Below the pieces are notes generated by a model. The model made no database searches and was not told where the DNA came from. It saw nothing but the letters and a program-made list of their open reading frames with translations. From an uncultured delta proteobacterium (lineage in GTDB: Bacteria; Desulfobacterota; Binatia; Binatales; Binataceae): 64,000 nucleotides of DNA. Each line of letters begins with the position of its first letter. Position 1 is the first letter of the stretch. Position numbers and translations under genes: made by a program. Shown piece after piece: positions 9,475 through 19,621 of the stretch. Location: positions 699,344 through 763,343 of the forward strand of contig CAWFIF010000006.1 of NCBI GenBank assembly GCA_963815835.1. The letters run 5' to 3'.

Positions 9475-10479
9475 ATGGACCAGGGCCTTGCTTCCTTATA
9501 TCAGTACGCGACAAAGGTCATCACGAGAGCATCGATGTTCCTCAACGTGGCCCGCCCAGCGATCAAGGGATGGGCGGACCCAAGCGGGAACGTGTTATTG
9601 ACAACGACCTCGAACAACCCCATCGGAGCTGAGCTGAAGAGCGAGTTGCAATCCGCCGCTACAGCTCCGTCGTTGATACAGCTTGCGTTTGGCAGTCCGC
9701 TACTGGATGTGCTGACGGCCGCGAATACTCCGAATAACGATGACTCCAATGCCATCAGCCAGATTGTTTTTCCGCTCGCTACGCTGCCCTTCAAACTCGT
9801 GCAGGATGTCGTTACCGGGAAGCCGCAAACGATTCTGGACGAAGTGACGAGCTTCCCGAAACAGGTAAAGGCAACACTGGCGGGTGCCACGCGGCAAATT
9901 CCCCTGTTCAATCTCCCGTTTGCGTTGATTAACCAGATCGACGTGGCGCTCTCGGTTCTTCCGACCTTGCAAATGTTCAAAAACGGACCCGCAGCTCTCC
10001 AGAACATCGACAACGCTTTCAAGGCCTACTGGTTCGGGGACGGATTCACTACTGTGGACGGCGATACTATCTCGCGGCCCCGCAATAAGCAGACGAGCAC
10101 TGCGGACACCAATATCCTCCGAACGCTGCTTGGTCCGCAGTCGGGGGCGGATCAGGTTCGCAACGCAGTGCGCATAACTATCGAGGCGGGCGCAGACATC
10201 GAGTACGACCTGAAGAAACGAATCGATACGGCTGTCGGAATAGTGTTTCCTCAGGATCCTCCCGGCGGTGCCGGCCGCAAGAAACTGATCTCGTGGATGC
10301 AAGGCTTCGCTGAGAACGCCGAAGCGGCCACCACCTCAGCCGTAGAGACCCTCGTACTGGGAGGAGGACCGGTGCAGACCAACTCTCTGATCGCGGCCGC
10401 AGCCGGCACGGCAGCGGGAACGGCCGCCAAGAAGGCGGTTCAACACGTGTACTTAACAGAACTGGGTGCTTCCCTCTGA
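9475..10479 (+). CDS. Hypothetical protein, upstream partner of the patatin gene
   Basis: ORF 9337-10479. I prefer ATG 9475 because AGGAG (9462-9466) sits 8 nt upstream. No motif recognised. Ala/Gly-rich hydrophobic C-terminus (LIAAAAGTAAGTAAKKAV). Stop is 12 nt before the patatin ATG. Confidence 0.55.
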   Translation: MDQGLASLYQYATKVITRASMFLNVARPAIKGWADPSGNVLLTTTSNNPIGAELKSELQSAATAPSLIQLAFGSPLLDVLTAANTPNNDDSNAISQIVFPLATLPFKLVQDVVTGKPQTILDEVTSFPKQVKATLAGATRQIPLFNLPFALINQIDVALSVLPTLQMFKNGPAALQNIDNAFKAYWFGDGFTTVDGDTISRPRNKQTSTADTNILRTLLGPQSGADQVRNAVRITIEAGADIEYDLKKRIDTAVGIVFPQDPPGGAGRKKLISWMQGFAENAEAATTSAVETLVLGGGPVQTNSLIAAAAGTAAGTAAKKAVQHVYLTELGASL

Positions 10480-10491
10480 GCGCGTTACATC

Positions 10492-12204
10492 ATGCAAGAC
10501 GAACGGCGAGTCGGCATTTGCATCAAGGGCGGGGTCTCATTGGGCGCGTACGAAGCAGGCGTCCTCTCCGAAACCCTCGAATTGATTGCAAACAATAATT
10601 CCAAGGCAAACAGCATTAAATGGTACGTGGACACACTTGCAGGCGCGAGCGCCGGGTCCATGACTTCAGTTGCGACCGCTTGCACACTGCTCAACAGCAG
10701 CAGCAACTACCTCCGCGAAATGTGGGTCGAGAATGCTTCGCTTTTGGCGTTGACTCCGGATCCATCGGGCGTGAGCCCTGAGGACGGATACCAGAGCGGC
10801 AACAACCTCCTGGCGGCGTCGGCGCTGGATAAACTGGCGCAGGATTTCGACGTTCCCCCGCCGACGGCAAGCGAGAGCCAGAGGCATGGGGCGCACCGTC
10901 CTTTTCCCTCCGGCGTGCGGTTGGTCTTTACGCTTTCGAACATCAACGGAATTCCCAACGCAGTAGATACTCTCAACCGTACGCCGCTGACGTTTCGCGA
11001 GTACGCGGACCTGGTCACGTTCGACATCAACATAGACAACGCTGGAAAAGTGTACATGATCAGTCCAAGCACACGCGCGGTCGCTTTCAACCAGGGCAAC
11101 GACAGCGCTTCCGCCTGGCAGGCGATGGTGCAGGCCGCGATAGCTTCGGGCTCTTTCCCGCTGGCCTTCTCGCCGCGTGGGCTGTACCGATTGCTGGCGG
11201 GGGGGAGCACATTCACGCCTGAGTACTACACCGATGGCGGACTGTTCGATAATGACCCGGTTGGAAAGCTGATCAACCTGGCTCACGAGACGGATTGGGC
11301 GCCTGAAAATGCAACCTACCGGGATAGTCAGCGGCGCTTCGTGATAGTGCATACCGAAGCCCCCGATCTCTCCGATCAGCAGATCAGCTACAGCACCTTC
11401 TACAAGACCTTGAGCATAAATCCGGTCGGGCTTCTCGAGAAAGTTGTTCCCGCTTTTGCAAACGAATCCATGCAGAGCGGCTTACGCGGAATCACGGAGG
11501 TGAACCGTCGCTTTGATCAACGGAAGATCGTGCTGAATACGTTCGCTAAAATAGCAGCGGTGTCGCCCGGGGGCCTGCCGGGAACACAGCAGCTGGAGCC
11601 GGCTATCTCGGCTCTGGCTAGCTTGCACAAGTTCAGCCCAGATCAGATCAACAAACTGCGCGGATTTATCATCGAGGATTTGAAGGACACGGACCCGCCC
11701 CTCTACGACTACGTGACAAGACTTCCGGATCCGGGACGCGGGGCGTTCCAGGATTTCGCCTTATTCTTCGACTTGTCCTTCGACGTTGCCGACAAAGTCA
11801 GCATCAAGCCAATCGTAATCGCACCCGCACAGGGGGCTTCGCTCGCGGGAGATCCGCTGTTTGGCTTTGCGGGCTTCTTCTCACAGAGACTGCGCGAGTT
11901 TGACTTTGCTCACGGGCAACACGATGCGTTCCAAGCATGGAAGGAGGTCAGCAACGGACCCGACCATGACTTCACGATTGAGGGCGCGGAAGAACCCACC
12001 TTCAGCGGCAATCCGGAGCCTGATGTGGATGCGTCAACTTCGACGAGCGAGTACGGCGCTGCTCTAGAGGTTTTCCGAAACCGATGCCGAGCTGTGGTCG
12101 GGAGTGCCATCAAGGAACTGAAAGGCGAAGCAACGCCGACGACTAAGCTCGCACTGAGCCTGGTTCAGGTGCTTGCGAACTTGGGAATCGGCTCGATCGG
12201 CTAG
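10492..12204 (+). CDS. Patatin-like phospholipase with ~250-aa uncharacterised C-terminal extension
   Basis: Oxyanion motif ICIKGGVSLGAYEAGVL, nucleophile elbow GASAG (LAGASAGSMTS) and catalytic Asp motif YTDGGLFDNDP are all present and in the canonical order. Confidence 0.85.
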   Translation: MQDERRVGICIKGGVSLGAYEAGVLSETLELIANNNSKANSIKWYVDTLAGASAGSMTSVATACTLLNSSSNYLREMWVENASLLALTPDPSGVSPEDGYQSGNNLLAASALDKLAQDFDVPPPTASESQRHGAHRPFPSGVRLVFTLSNINGIPNAVDTLNRTPLTFREYADLVTFDINIDNAGKVYMISPSTRAVAFNQGNDSASAWQAMVQAAIASGSFPLAFSPRGLYRLLAGGSTFTPEYYTDGGLFDNDPVGKLINLAHETDWAPENATYRDSQRRFVIVHTEAPDLSDQQISYSTFYKTLSINPVGLLEKVVPAFANESMQSGLRGITEVNRRFDQRKIVLNTFAKIAAVSPGGLPGTQQLEPAISALASLHKFSPDQINKLRGFIIEDLKDTDPPLYDYVTRLPDPGRGAFQDFALFFDLSFDVADKVSIKPIVIAPAQGASLAGDPLFGFAGFFSQRLREFDFAHGQHDAFQAWKEVSNGPDHDFTIEGAEEPTFSGNPEPDVDASTSTSEYGAALEVFRNRCRAVVGSAIKELKGEATPTTKLALSLVQVLANLGIGSIG

Positions 12205-12228
12205 TCGGGCATCCGGATCGACGCGCTA

Positions 12229-12251
12229 GGCCGACGAACCAATAGTCGGCC
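12229..12251 (+). terminator. Hairpin downstream of the patatin gene (weak terminator candidate)
   Basis: GGCCGAC-N9-GTCGGCC, a perfect 7-bp stem 25 nt after the stop. No U-tract follows, so support is weak. Confidence 0.25.
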
Positions 12252-12989
12252 AAGCGCGCTGCACAGGGCAGCCCTACCTTCCCGTGAATGATTCATCACT
12301 TTTGTTTTTTGAAGCGGCAGGCGGTTCTGAAGCGAGCGTGGCCGATGGAATCGTGTATTTTCCTCAGCCGCCTTGTTCACAGTTCAACTTTGGGAGCGTC
12401 GGTTTCGGCGATAACCCATCTGAAGCGGTTTCGAACGGTGATGGCAACGCACCGGGTGCGGTAACAGCAGGAACGCTAGGTTCTTTCAATCTCTCACTTT
12501 TGGGCTTCATTCCGCCGTTCAAACTGAAATGAGAAGTGCCTCGCTTTTGTCGTATTTCACTTAGCGCTTCTCTTCTTGGGTGCGGCTCACCCAGGAGAAC
12601 ACCTGATTGCCGAAGTGCTCGGCCGGCGAGAAGCGGTTGTTTAAGGCCAGTTGGTGTACGTCGACCTTCACCTTTCGAAGTCGCTAAAACTGGAATTTCG
12701 GTCAAACTCTCGGGTTTCTCGGGTTTTTCAATGGAGGCAACCTCGATCTTGGGTCACGGGAAGTAGACGACGCAGTTAAACCGTTAGCCGGGAGTCTGAC
12801 CATAGAAATCCCCCGAATGCTGAAACGCACACCAAGCGAGAAGCGGTTCTTTACATCGCCTTTGTATCTTCTCGCCTAGCTTTCCCCCTCGAACCTGCTA
12901 AAAGCGGAACATCGGCTCAATCATGAAGCTTGGATGATCCCAAGCCGTCGGGGAGACCATGGCTGGGCCATGGATCTGCTTTTGAGAGG

Positions 12990-13595
12990 ATGAAAATGGG
13001 CGAACCAAAAACTCATGAGGTGAACCCCGAGGGTACGAAGCTCTATCTCGATTATTTGGACAAAGAGATGAACATCATGGGCATTCTGAGCGCCTTCTGC
13101 ACTGCCACTGTCGCTTTCGCGCTCAAAGAATTGCTGGCGGCGGACGCCGATAAGTCCCTCGCCAAAATCTGGGAAAACAGCAGATGTTTCGTCGTCATCG
13201 GATCGCTGTTGATATTTGGTGCCGCAGCTTGGTTTTATCGTCAACGGTCCGATCTCGCGTGGTACTATGGGCAGATCTCCCTTACTCAGGCGGCCCCGCA
13301 GGTGATTAGATTTAAGTTGTTCGAATGGCTTAGAGATGCGGACTCATGGAAAACCTGGATTCCTTATCGATGCGGATTCTTCTTTCTTTGGCCTGGCTTG
13401 GCAGCGTACATGGTAAGTGCCGTGAGCTACGACTGGAGCAAGTCTGTGCGCCCGATCGCTCTGGAAATATACGCCTTAATAGTTGCCGCTCTTCTTTTGG
13501 TGTGCTGGCGGAGTGCATGTATTCTTGCTGCCCGTCCCTACGACGAAGATCCCTTGACATTGGAGAGTTTCTTCTGCGGAAAAGACAAGAAGTAG
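12990..13595 (+). CDS. Hypothetical 4-TM membrane protein
   Basis: ORF 12930-13595. Likely start at ATG 12990 or 12996, after GAGAGG. Hydrophobic spans ILSAFCTATVAFAL, CFVVIGSLLIFGAAAWF, FFFLWPGLAAYMVSAV, IYALIVAALLLVCW. No family recognised. Confidence 0.5.
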   Translation: MKMGEPKTHEVNPEGTKLYLDYLDKEMNIMGILSAFCTATVAFALKELLAADADKSLAKIWENSRCFVVIGSLLIFGAAAWFYRQRSDLAWYYGQISLTQAAPQVIRFKLFEWLRDADSWKTWIPYRCGFFFLWPGLAAYMVSAVSYDWSKSVRPIALEIYALIVAALLLVCWRSACILAARPYDEDPLTLESFFCGKDKK

Positions 13596-13629
13596 GTAAA
13601 TACACCTCCAGTAGTCAGACAGAGTAGCC

Positions 13630-13995
13630 TCAACCCTTCGACGCAGCCTTCCTTCTTTCTGCCCAACGCTTCTTCATCATCTGTGACAGGTCCTTCCTTC
13701 CAGCAGTGGTCATACCACCACAGCGCTTCTTAGCAGCCGGCTTGGCTACCGCGGATATCTTCTTCACAACGGCTGCTGATTTTGCCTTGCGCGCTGCCCA
13801 GTACGCCCTCATCGCCGCGGCTTGTCGCTTTCTACCGGCAGGAGTGATGCCTCTCCGGCGCTGAGGCGCGACAGCTTTGCGAACAGGCTGCTTGGTCGGT
13901 TCGGTCGAACCAGCTCCATCGAGCGGGGCATTGATGGCTTTGCCGATCCGGTCCTGTTCAGTCTTCAGCACTGCGATGATTTTGTCGAGGTCCAA
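13630..13995 (-). CDS. Small highly basic protein with an internal duplicated motif
   Basis: 121 aa, Lys/Arg/Ala-rich. Two copies of G(I/M)T(P/T)AGRK-x6-M-x3-WA-x-RK: GITPAGRKRQAAAMRAYWAARKAK and GMTTAGRKDLSQMMKKRWAERRKA. A nucleic-acid-binding role is a guess. Confidence 0.5.
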   Translation of the reverse strand: MDLDKIIAVLKTEQDRIGKAINAPLDGAGSTEPTKQPVRKAVAPQRRRGITPAGRKRQAAAMRAYWAARKAKSAAVVKKISAVAKPAAKKRCGGMTTAGRKDLSQMMKKRWAERRKAASKG

Positions 13996-14257
13996 CGGTG
14001 ATCTCCTCGAGCGCGATTCAAACTCGACAGTTTAAATAGCAGGAAATAAGATCGTGTTCACTAGCTCGAAGGAAACTTGGAGGACACCTGGCACTGAAAA
14101 CATCTGATTCCTCAAATGCACAGCCGGTCAGAAGCCGTTCGTTAGGGCCATTGGATAAATCCTGCCGACATTAACCTTCCGAAGCCGTTTAAACCGAAAT
14201 CTCAGGGAAACAGAAACAGCGCTTCGTAGTGGTTGGCTTTGGACCTCACATTTTCCG

Positions 14258-15440
14258 TTAGGGAACCTCTGCACAAGTCTCTCGATTGTTGTATAAACAA
14301 TTAGTTGGATGGGCAGGGGTGGAGGTGTGGAGGTGGGCAATCAGCGGACGTTCGCCTCGATGGCGTGGAATGGGAAGGGCAAGGTCACTCGGCGCGAGCG
14401 GTTCCTGGCCGAGATGGATGCGGTGATTCCGTGGCCGCGGCTGATCCGGCTGATCGAACCGCACTACCCCAAAGCCGGACAAGGTCGCCAGCCGCTGGGG
14501 CTGGAGAAGATGCTGCGGACCTATTTCCCGCAGCAATGGTTCAATCTGTCGGACCCGCAGGCCGAAGATGCGATCTGCGACAGCGAGTCGATGCGGCGCT
14601 TCGCACGCGTCGAGCTGGGCGAGGAGGCGGTACCGGACGAGACCACGATTCTGCGCTTTCGCCATTTGCTGGAGCAGCATGGACTGACCCAAGCGATCTT
14701 CAATTCGATCACCGGGCTGCTGGAAGAACGGCGGCGGTGGCTGCGCTCGGGAACCATCGTGGACGCGACCATCATCGCGGCGCCGAGTTCGACCAAGAAC
14801 GCCAGTGCGAGTCGCGACCCCGAGATGAAGCAGACCCACAAGGGCCGCAACTGGCACTTCGAGATGAAGCTGCACATCGGAGCGGATAAGCGCGGTATCG
14901 TGCATACGGTGAGAGCGACCGCTGCTAACGTAGCCGACATTACCCAGCTGCCCGATCTGCTGCACGGGCAGGCGCGCGAGCTGTTCGGCGATCAAGCGTA
15001 CTGGAAGGAAGACGATCGAAAGTTTCTCGAGGCTTGCGGAGTGCGCTACCGGATCAACCGGCGCCCTACCGCGCAGCGGCCGTTGAGCGAGCGCTGGCGG
15101 ATGATCAACCGGGCGCGCTCGCGGACCCGGGCGCGCGGCGAACACGCCTTTCGGGTGGTCAAGCAACTGTGGGGTTTCGCCAAAGTGAGATACCGCGGTC
15201 TGGCCAAGAACCTGGCGCGAGCGCAGACCATGTTTGCCCTGGCCAATCTCTACCAGCTCCGCCGTGAGCTGCTCCCAGCAGGGGCCAGGTGTGCCCTGTG
15301 AGAGAACTTCGGGCCGCTAGCAGTCTCGGTGGCGACCATCGCCGGACCACCTATCACTCGATCTCCCTTCTCTGAACCCAAGTGTCATGACCACTTCAGA
15401 CAATCGCTCCCGCACAGCGACCTGTGCAGAGCTTCCCTAA
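14258..15440 (+). mobile_element. Complete IS5-family insertion sequence (1183 bp)
   Basis: Terminal inverted repeats TTAGGGAACCTCTGCACAAGTC (14258-14279) and GACCTGTGCAGAGCTTCCCTAA (15419-15440), 20/22 complementary. They enclose one transposase ORF. Confidence 0.8.
14309..15301 (+). CDS. IS5-family DDE transposase
   Basis: RERFLAEMDAVIPWPRLIRLIEPHYPKAGQGRQPLGLEKMLRTYF (InsH-type N-terminus). DATIIAAPSSTKN, GDQAYW and RARGEHAFRVVKQLWGFAKVRYRGLAKN are classic IS5-group motifs. Confidence 0.85.
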   Translation: MGRGGGVEVGNQRTFASMAWNGKGKVTRRERFLAEMDAVIPWPRLIRLIEPHYPKAGQGRQPLGLEKMLRTYFPQQWFNLSDPQAEDAICDSESMRRFARVELGEEAVPDETTILRFRHLLEQHGLTQAIFNSITGLLEERRRWLRSGTIVDATIIAAPSSTKNASASRDPEMKQTHKGRNWHFEMKLHIGADKRGIVHTVRATAANVADITQLPDLLHGQARELFGDQAYWKEDDRKFLEACGVRYRINRRPTAQRPLSERWRMINRARSRTRARGEHAFRVVKQLWGFAKVRYRGLAKNLARAQTMFALANLYQLRRELLPAGARCAL

Positions 15441-15481
15441 AGGACCGCGGAGCGGAGCGCCGGCAGGCTTTGGTGTTCGCT

Positions 15482-16557
15482 TCAGGTGGTGATTGGCAAG
15501 AGGGTGCGCATCCTCACCAAGTTGTAGGCGGCCGCCACGAAGGTAAACGTCCAACCGACCCGGTCGGCACCCCGATGCCGGGTCTTGCGCAATCCGGCGA
15601 CGGTCTTGAACCAGCCGAAGATCTCTTCCACCCGTTTGCGCTTGAGCTGACTGATGGCGTAGCCCGGTTGGCGAGTGGTGTGGCGGTCGATGGCGCTATG
15701 GGCCATTTGCGCCACGTGCGGCGTGACTCGATGCTCGCGCAATCCGCGCCCAATTCCTTCTGATCGTAACCCTTATCGGCGCCCAGCGTGACCCGCTGCT
15801 GGCCCGCGATCTCTGCCGCCATCGCGAGGGCCGCCTCAGGTTCTGCGGTGCCGCTGGCCTGAGTCAGCCGGGTATTGACCACCAAGCCGTGGCGATTGTC
15901 CATCTGCACGTGGCCGGCATAACAGAGCTTGGCCTCTTTGCCCGACCCTTTGCGGGCCAAGCGCGCCTGGGGATCGGTGGTCAACTGGTGAGTGGCGTTG
16001 GTACGTCGCTCCTCATGAAAGTCCACGCTCGGGTTGCCGGGATCATCGGGAGGGGTTTGCTGGTCGTCCCCTTTGCGCTTGAAACTCTTGTGTCCCGCCC
16101 AGGCCTCGATCAGCGTGCCGTTGACGGTAAAATGCTCGTTAGAGAGCAGGCCCTGGGTGCCCGCCTGATCGAGCACCGCGTTGAAAAACCCCTGCGCTAC
16201 ATCACCCACCAGCAACCGCTCGCGGTTCTTGGTGAAGACGGTCACGTCCCATACCGGGTCGTCGATGTTGAGTCCCACAAACCAGCGAAACAGGAAGTTG
16301 TAATCGAGCTGCTCCATCAAAAGCCGCTCGCTGCGTACCGTGTAAAGCACTTGCAAGAGAAGGGCACGCAGAAGCTTTTCCGGCGCGATCGACGGCCGCC
16401 CGCTGTTCGCGTAGACCGCGTCGAACCGCCACGACGACTCCTTAAGCGCGGCGTCCACCATGACCCGGATCGCTCGCTACGGATGATCCTTGGGTACTCG
16501 CCGCTCCGCGGATATGTAACTGAACATTCCGCTCTGCTGATGATCCACCCCACGCAT
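15482..16557 (-). pseudogene. Decayed IS5/IS1182-like transposase (in-frame TAG plus 1-nt frameshift)
   Basis: Manual translation from ATG 16557 gives MRGVDHQQSGMFSYISAERRVPKDHP*RAIRVMVDAALKE..., with TAG where Leu is expected. The frame breaks at about 15750 (GADKGYDQKE|L instead of EF-RGLREHRVTPHVAQ) and continues in ORF 15482-15742. Abuts the intact IS5, with transposase genes convergent. Confidence 0.75.
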
Positions 16558-16881
16558 CACCCCCACCTCCTCCTACAACCTCTTCCTACTCCACTATATC
16601 CGACCGAGTGGAAAACTCCTCATTTTTCCGCAGCCTGCTAGGCCGTTTCAAACCTCGCGCAGCATTTCGAATTTTAGGTCGTCACGGGCAGGATTTGATC
16701 CTATCGCCCCGATCCAAGCAATCCGTGCTCTAGGGAGTTCTGAAGGGATTTCCGTAACCATCGTTCTGAGTGTTCGCACCTAACATCGTTAGCTCTTTCC
16801 TAACGCCTCCCTAGAGAGGGGTAGTGCAAAACTCGGCGCGAATCGCGTCGTGTACTGTGCACTTCTCCAGGAAAGGAGAGT

Positions 16882-17355
16882 ATGCTGACGATTCCAAACT
16901 TACCCACGGCTATACGACTGTCGCTCTGTGCCTTGTTTCTCGGAAGTCTCGTATGCGGCGCCTGCGCTCAAATCAAAGGTGTACACCTGTACAATGCCGC
17001 TGACGACAAAACTGCTGCCGAGGCATCGAAATCCTTTAAAGATGCCAACATTCCTCAAAGCGTAGCTGAAGAACGGCAGCGCGAAGCGATTTTCCTCTCT
17101 CGAGAACTCGCCGCTTCCGACCGGCTCACCGACGCTTCCCGCGATGCGGTTTTGCTCGCAGTGCTAGGCGGACCGCAAAAAGAGAAATCGTGCGACTATC
17201 TGAACGAAAAGATTAACTCGAGAATCGCGGATCTCGTCGGATCCGCGCAAGAACAACCGGATCTCAAGCAACCTCTGGATAGCGTAGAGGTCTCGGAGGA
17301 GTTGTATAATGGCCTACGATCTAAGAGTGATCCCCTGTATCAGATCCATCTTTGA
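16882..17355 (+). CDS. Hypothetical secreted protein (operon gene A)
   Basis: AGGAAAGGAGAG precedes ATG 16882. Signal peptide AIRLSLCALFLGSLVCGACA. No family recognised. Confidence 0.55.
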   Translation: MLTIPNLPTAIRLSLCALFLGSLVCGACAQIKGVHLYNAADDKTAAEASKSFKDANIPQSVAEERQREAIFLSRELAASDRLTDASRDAVLLAVLGGPQKEKSCDYLNEKINSRIADLVGSAQEQPDLKQPLDSVEVSEELYNGLRSKSDPLYQIHL

Positions 17356-18455
17356 CATGCCAAGAGAGTAACCGACAGTCGATTGCTGGTCGCTGTTCGA
17401 GAACCAATTTCTCGAGCAGCGATGTCCGGCGGATGTTCTGCAGCTATAGCGCGTATTGCGTCATCTATCTCGACGTAGTCAAGCGGACGGAAAATTCCAT
17501 CGATTCCAGGTCAGTTCTCGGAGCGATCGACGCTCAAATCAGCGAGCAGTTGAAAGCGCAGGCGGACGATGATCGCGGCCTCGATTCTGGAGATAAAAAC
17601 TCGGCTTTCAGCAAATATAACGATGCGAAGAAGGCGCTAGAAAACGCCCAGAAGACTGGACAAGGTTGCGACGAGCCTGCCCAAGCATCCAGTTCGAGTT
17701 GCGTACAGAAGGCATCTGAAAAAGTCCGAGCGGCCCTACAGGCACTGGAAAAAAGTGGCACTGCTGGCGGATTAGAGGCCCATAAGGAGCAGCTCGCGGC
17801 GGTCGATGAGCTACTGCAATCAATCGCTGACGGTAAGAGCGCAGCTACCGCGGCCAATAGCCCGGACCAAAAGGTAGCGCTTTCAGTCGCTGCCTCGGTT
17901 CCCAGTCTCGAAAAACAGATTGGGGATTCCTTCAACCGTCCACAAGTCGGGGCACTGGTACTCGAGTCGGAACGTCTCCGCCTCGAATGTGAGGCCTTGC
18001 GTCGAGACCTGGGACGAAGAAACAGCCGTCTGGCCTTGCTACGCGACAAACGCGAAGCGGCCGTGAACGAGCTGAATTTGCTACGCCGATCGAAAAAGTT
18101 TCTGGCGTTAACTGACACCCAATGCAAATTGGGTTCGGAGGGCCTGCTGGCCGATTATCGAGCGTTCCCGAAGGAATACTGTCGCGAGGAAGTCGCGGCA
18201 GGTCTGTTGGCATACACCCAGAGCTGGAATGCAGGACAAAAACTTGAAGAGCGTGACGACTACAAGATAATCGACCTTTCTTACACCGAATCCCTAGATA
18301 ATAGCGAGTTCGGGCTGCTGCAATGGCAGAATTTCATCCAGGTACCTCTAAACCAGACTTCAGCGTTTTATTCCTCAGGCATCAAACCCGAAGACATCGC
18401 CAAGTTTCTCGAGGCCGCCGGTCTGGCCGCAAGCGCAGTGGGTGTCAATCGTTAG
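17352..18455 (+). CDS. Hypothetical coiled-coil-rich protein (operon gene B)
   Basis: TTG start overlaps the gene A stop (cTTTGAc), but the start is uncertain. Long Ala/Glu/Lys/Leu helical stretches (ESERLRLECEALRRDLGRRNSRLALLRDKREAAVNELNLLRR). No family recognised. Confidence 0.5.
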   Translation: MTCQESNRQSIAGRCSRTNFSSSDVRRMFCSYSAYCVIYLDVVKRTENSIDSRSVLGAIDAQISEQLKAQADDDRGLDSGDKNSAFSKYNDAKKALENAQKTGQGCDEPAQASSSSCVQKASEKVRAALQALEKSGTAGGLEAHKEQLAAVDELLQSIADGKSAATAANSPDQKVALSVAASVPSLEKQIGDSFNRPQVGALVLESERLRLECEALRRDLGRRNSRLALLRDKREAAVNELNLLRRSKKFLALTDTQCKLGSEGLLADYRAFPKEYCREEVAAGLLAYTQSWNAGQKLEERDDYKIIDLSYTESLDNSEFGLLQWQNFIQVPLNQTSAFYSSGIKPEDIAKFLEAAGLAASAVGVNR

Positions 18456-18461
18456 GTAAAA

Positions 18462-19151
18462 ATGATGATGAATCACACTACTTCATTTCAAGTCGTCGCC
18501 GTAGTCATCGGCCTAGGCATATCAGCTTGCGGGCTGAGTACACCCAGAGAAGGCGCAAAAATGTTGGCTGCGTATACTTCGAATATCAAAGACAAGCTTT
18601 CCGATTCGGCCCAGAAGCGGTCGGAGCTCAACGCGAACCGAGAGCGGAACGTTCAACTTCTCGAAAATGCCGCGAGCGCCGCGGAGGAAAACAATTCGAC
18701 TGCTCTGGCTGCTTTCAAAATCGCGGCTCAACCGACAGCGAGTGTCAGCGACGCCACCCTCTTTGATGCGATTCGAAATCCTGTCGGGCAACTGCCCGCC
18801 GCCACTGGTGGCACAACCAGTCTTGCCGAATCTGTAAGTACGGCCGCGCCCCCCTTACCTGGCAAAACCGACGATGAAGCTCGAGCGGAGAGCCTGGCTA
18901 CAACCGCCAAGGATCTCAGCCAATTGGCCGAAACACCTTCGATTGCGATCGATACCCAGTTCTATGTCCTCTATGGCCAAAGCGTGAAGCAGTCCATCGA
19001 TGAATCCAAGAAAAAGGCAAATTCTAATACCAAAGCTAGCCTTGCTGCCGTTCAGCAAAAGAACGCAGAGGTTCAGCAACAAATTGGATCGACAGTCGGA
19101 GCACGTCGCGAAACTGCAAATGGCGCCATTCCGGCCGGAAATCAACAATAG
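18462..19151 (+). CDS. Hypothetical lipoprotein (operon gene C)
   Basis: Begins 6 nt after the gene B stop. Lipobox VVIGLGISAC. The mature part is Ala/Gln/Asn/Ser-rich. Confidence 0.6.
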   Translation: MMMNHTTSFQVVAVVIGLGISACGLSTPREGAKMLAAYTSNIKDKLSDSAQKRSELNANRERNVQLLENAASAAEENNSTALAAFKIAAQPTASVSDATLFDAIRNPVGQLPAATGGTTSLAESVSTAAPPLPGKTDDEARAESLATTAKDLSQLAETPSIAIDTQFYVLYGQSVKQSIDESKKKANSNTKASLAAVQQKNAEVQQQIGSTVGARRETANGAIPAGNQQ

Positions 19152-19163
19152 AGGAGAGTACAC

Positions 19164-19541
19164 ATGTCAAAGACCAACAACGATGCAGCAGCCCCCGGGC
19201 AGAAGGCCAACTATCTTCAAGAAGCCTTGGCAACTTACGACGCCTTGGGAAAAGCGATCAGCCTTTTGCAAGCGCGATCTTTCGGCTTCGCCGATTTGGC
19301 CGAAACCAACATCATCAATGCTGAGGTCCCGGAGCTTCAAGCTAAACAACGAAAGGTCCGAGCCGAAATGAACGCATTTCTATACCAGGGAACAGCCATC
19401 GAGCCTCCGACGGGCGCAGACTTCGCCAAGGTGAAGGCACTATCTCAGCAATTGGACTCTATGAAGGCCAACAGTGACCAGGCGACGGTTATCCTTCAGG
19501 CCGTCACGAGTATTCTCAACGCCTGGAGCCAAACGCACTAG
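19164..19541 (+). CDS. Hypothetical small helical protein (operon gene D)
   Basis: GAGGAG lies 7 nt upstream of ATG 19164. 125 aa, no signal peptide, no motif recognised. Confidence 0.55.
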   Translation: MSKTNNDAAAPGQKANYLQEALATYDALGKAISLLQARSFGFADLAETNIINAEVPELQAKQRKVRAEMNAFLYQGTAIEPPTGADFAKVKALSQQLDSMKANSDQATVILQAVTSILNAWSQTH

Positions 19542-19621
19542 ATCTCGCCGAACGAACAGAAGACGTTTGGAAGCTGGATCGGACCGCAATCGAACTCATT
19601 CGGCTCGCGAAAGGAAAGGTT

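Noticed and set aside
10492-12204. Patatin as a CBASS CapV-type effector
   Set aside because: No CD-NTase/cyclase, E1/E2 or HORMA/TRIP13 genes lie nearby, and the protein is much longer than CapV. It is kept only as a generic conflict-system candidate.
12590-12870. Two diverged copies of a ~45-nt unit containing GAGAAGCGGTT (minus-strand peptides NNRFSPAEHFGNQ and KNRFSLGVRFSIRG)
   Set aside because: Too short and degenerate to assign. They are probably relics of a decayed gene, with no complete ORF or structured RNA recognisable.
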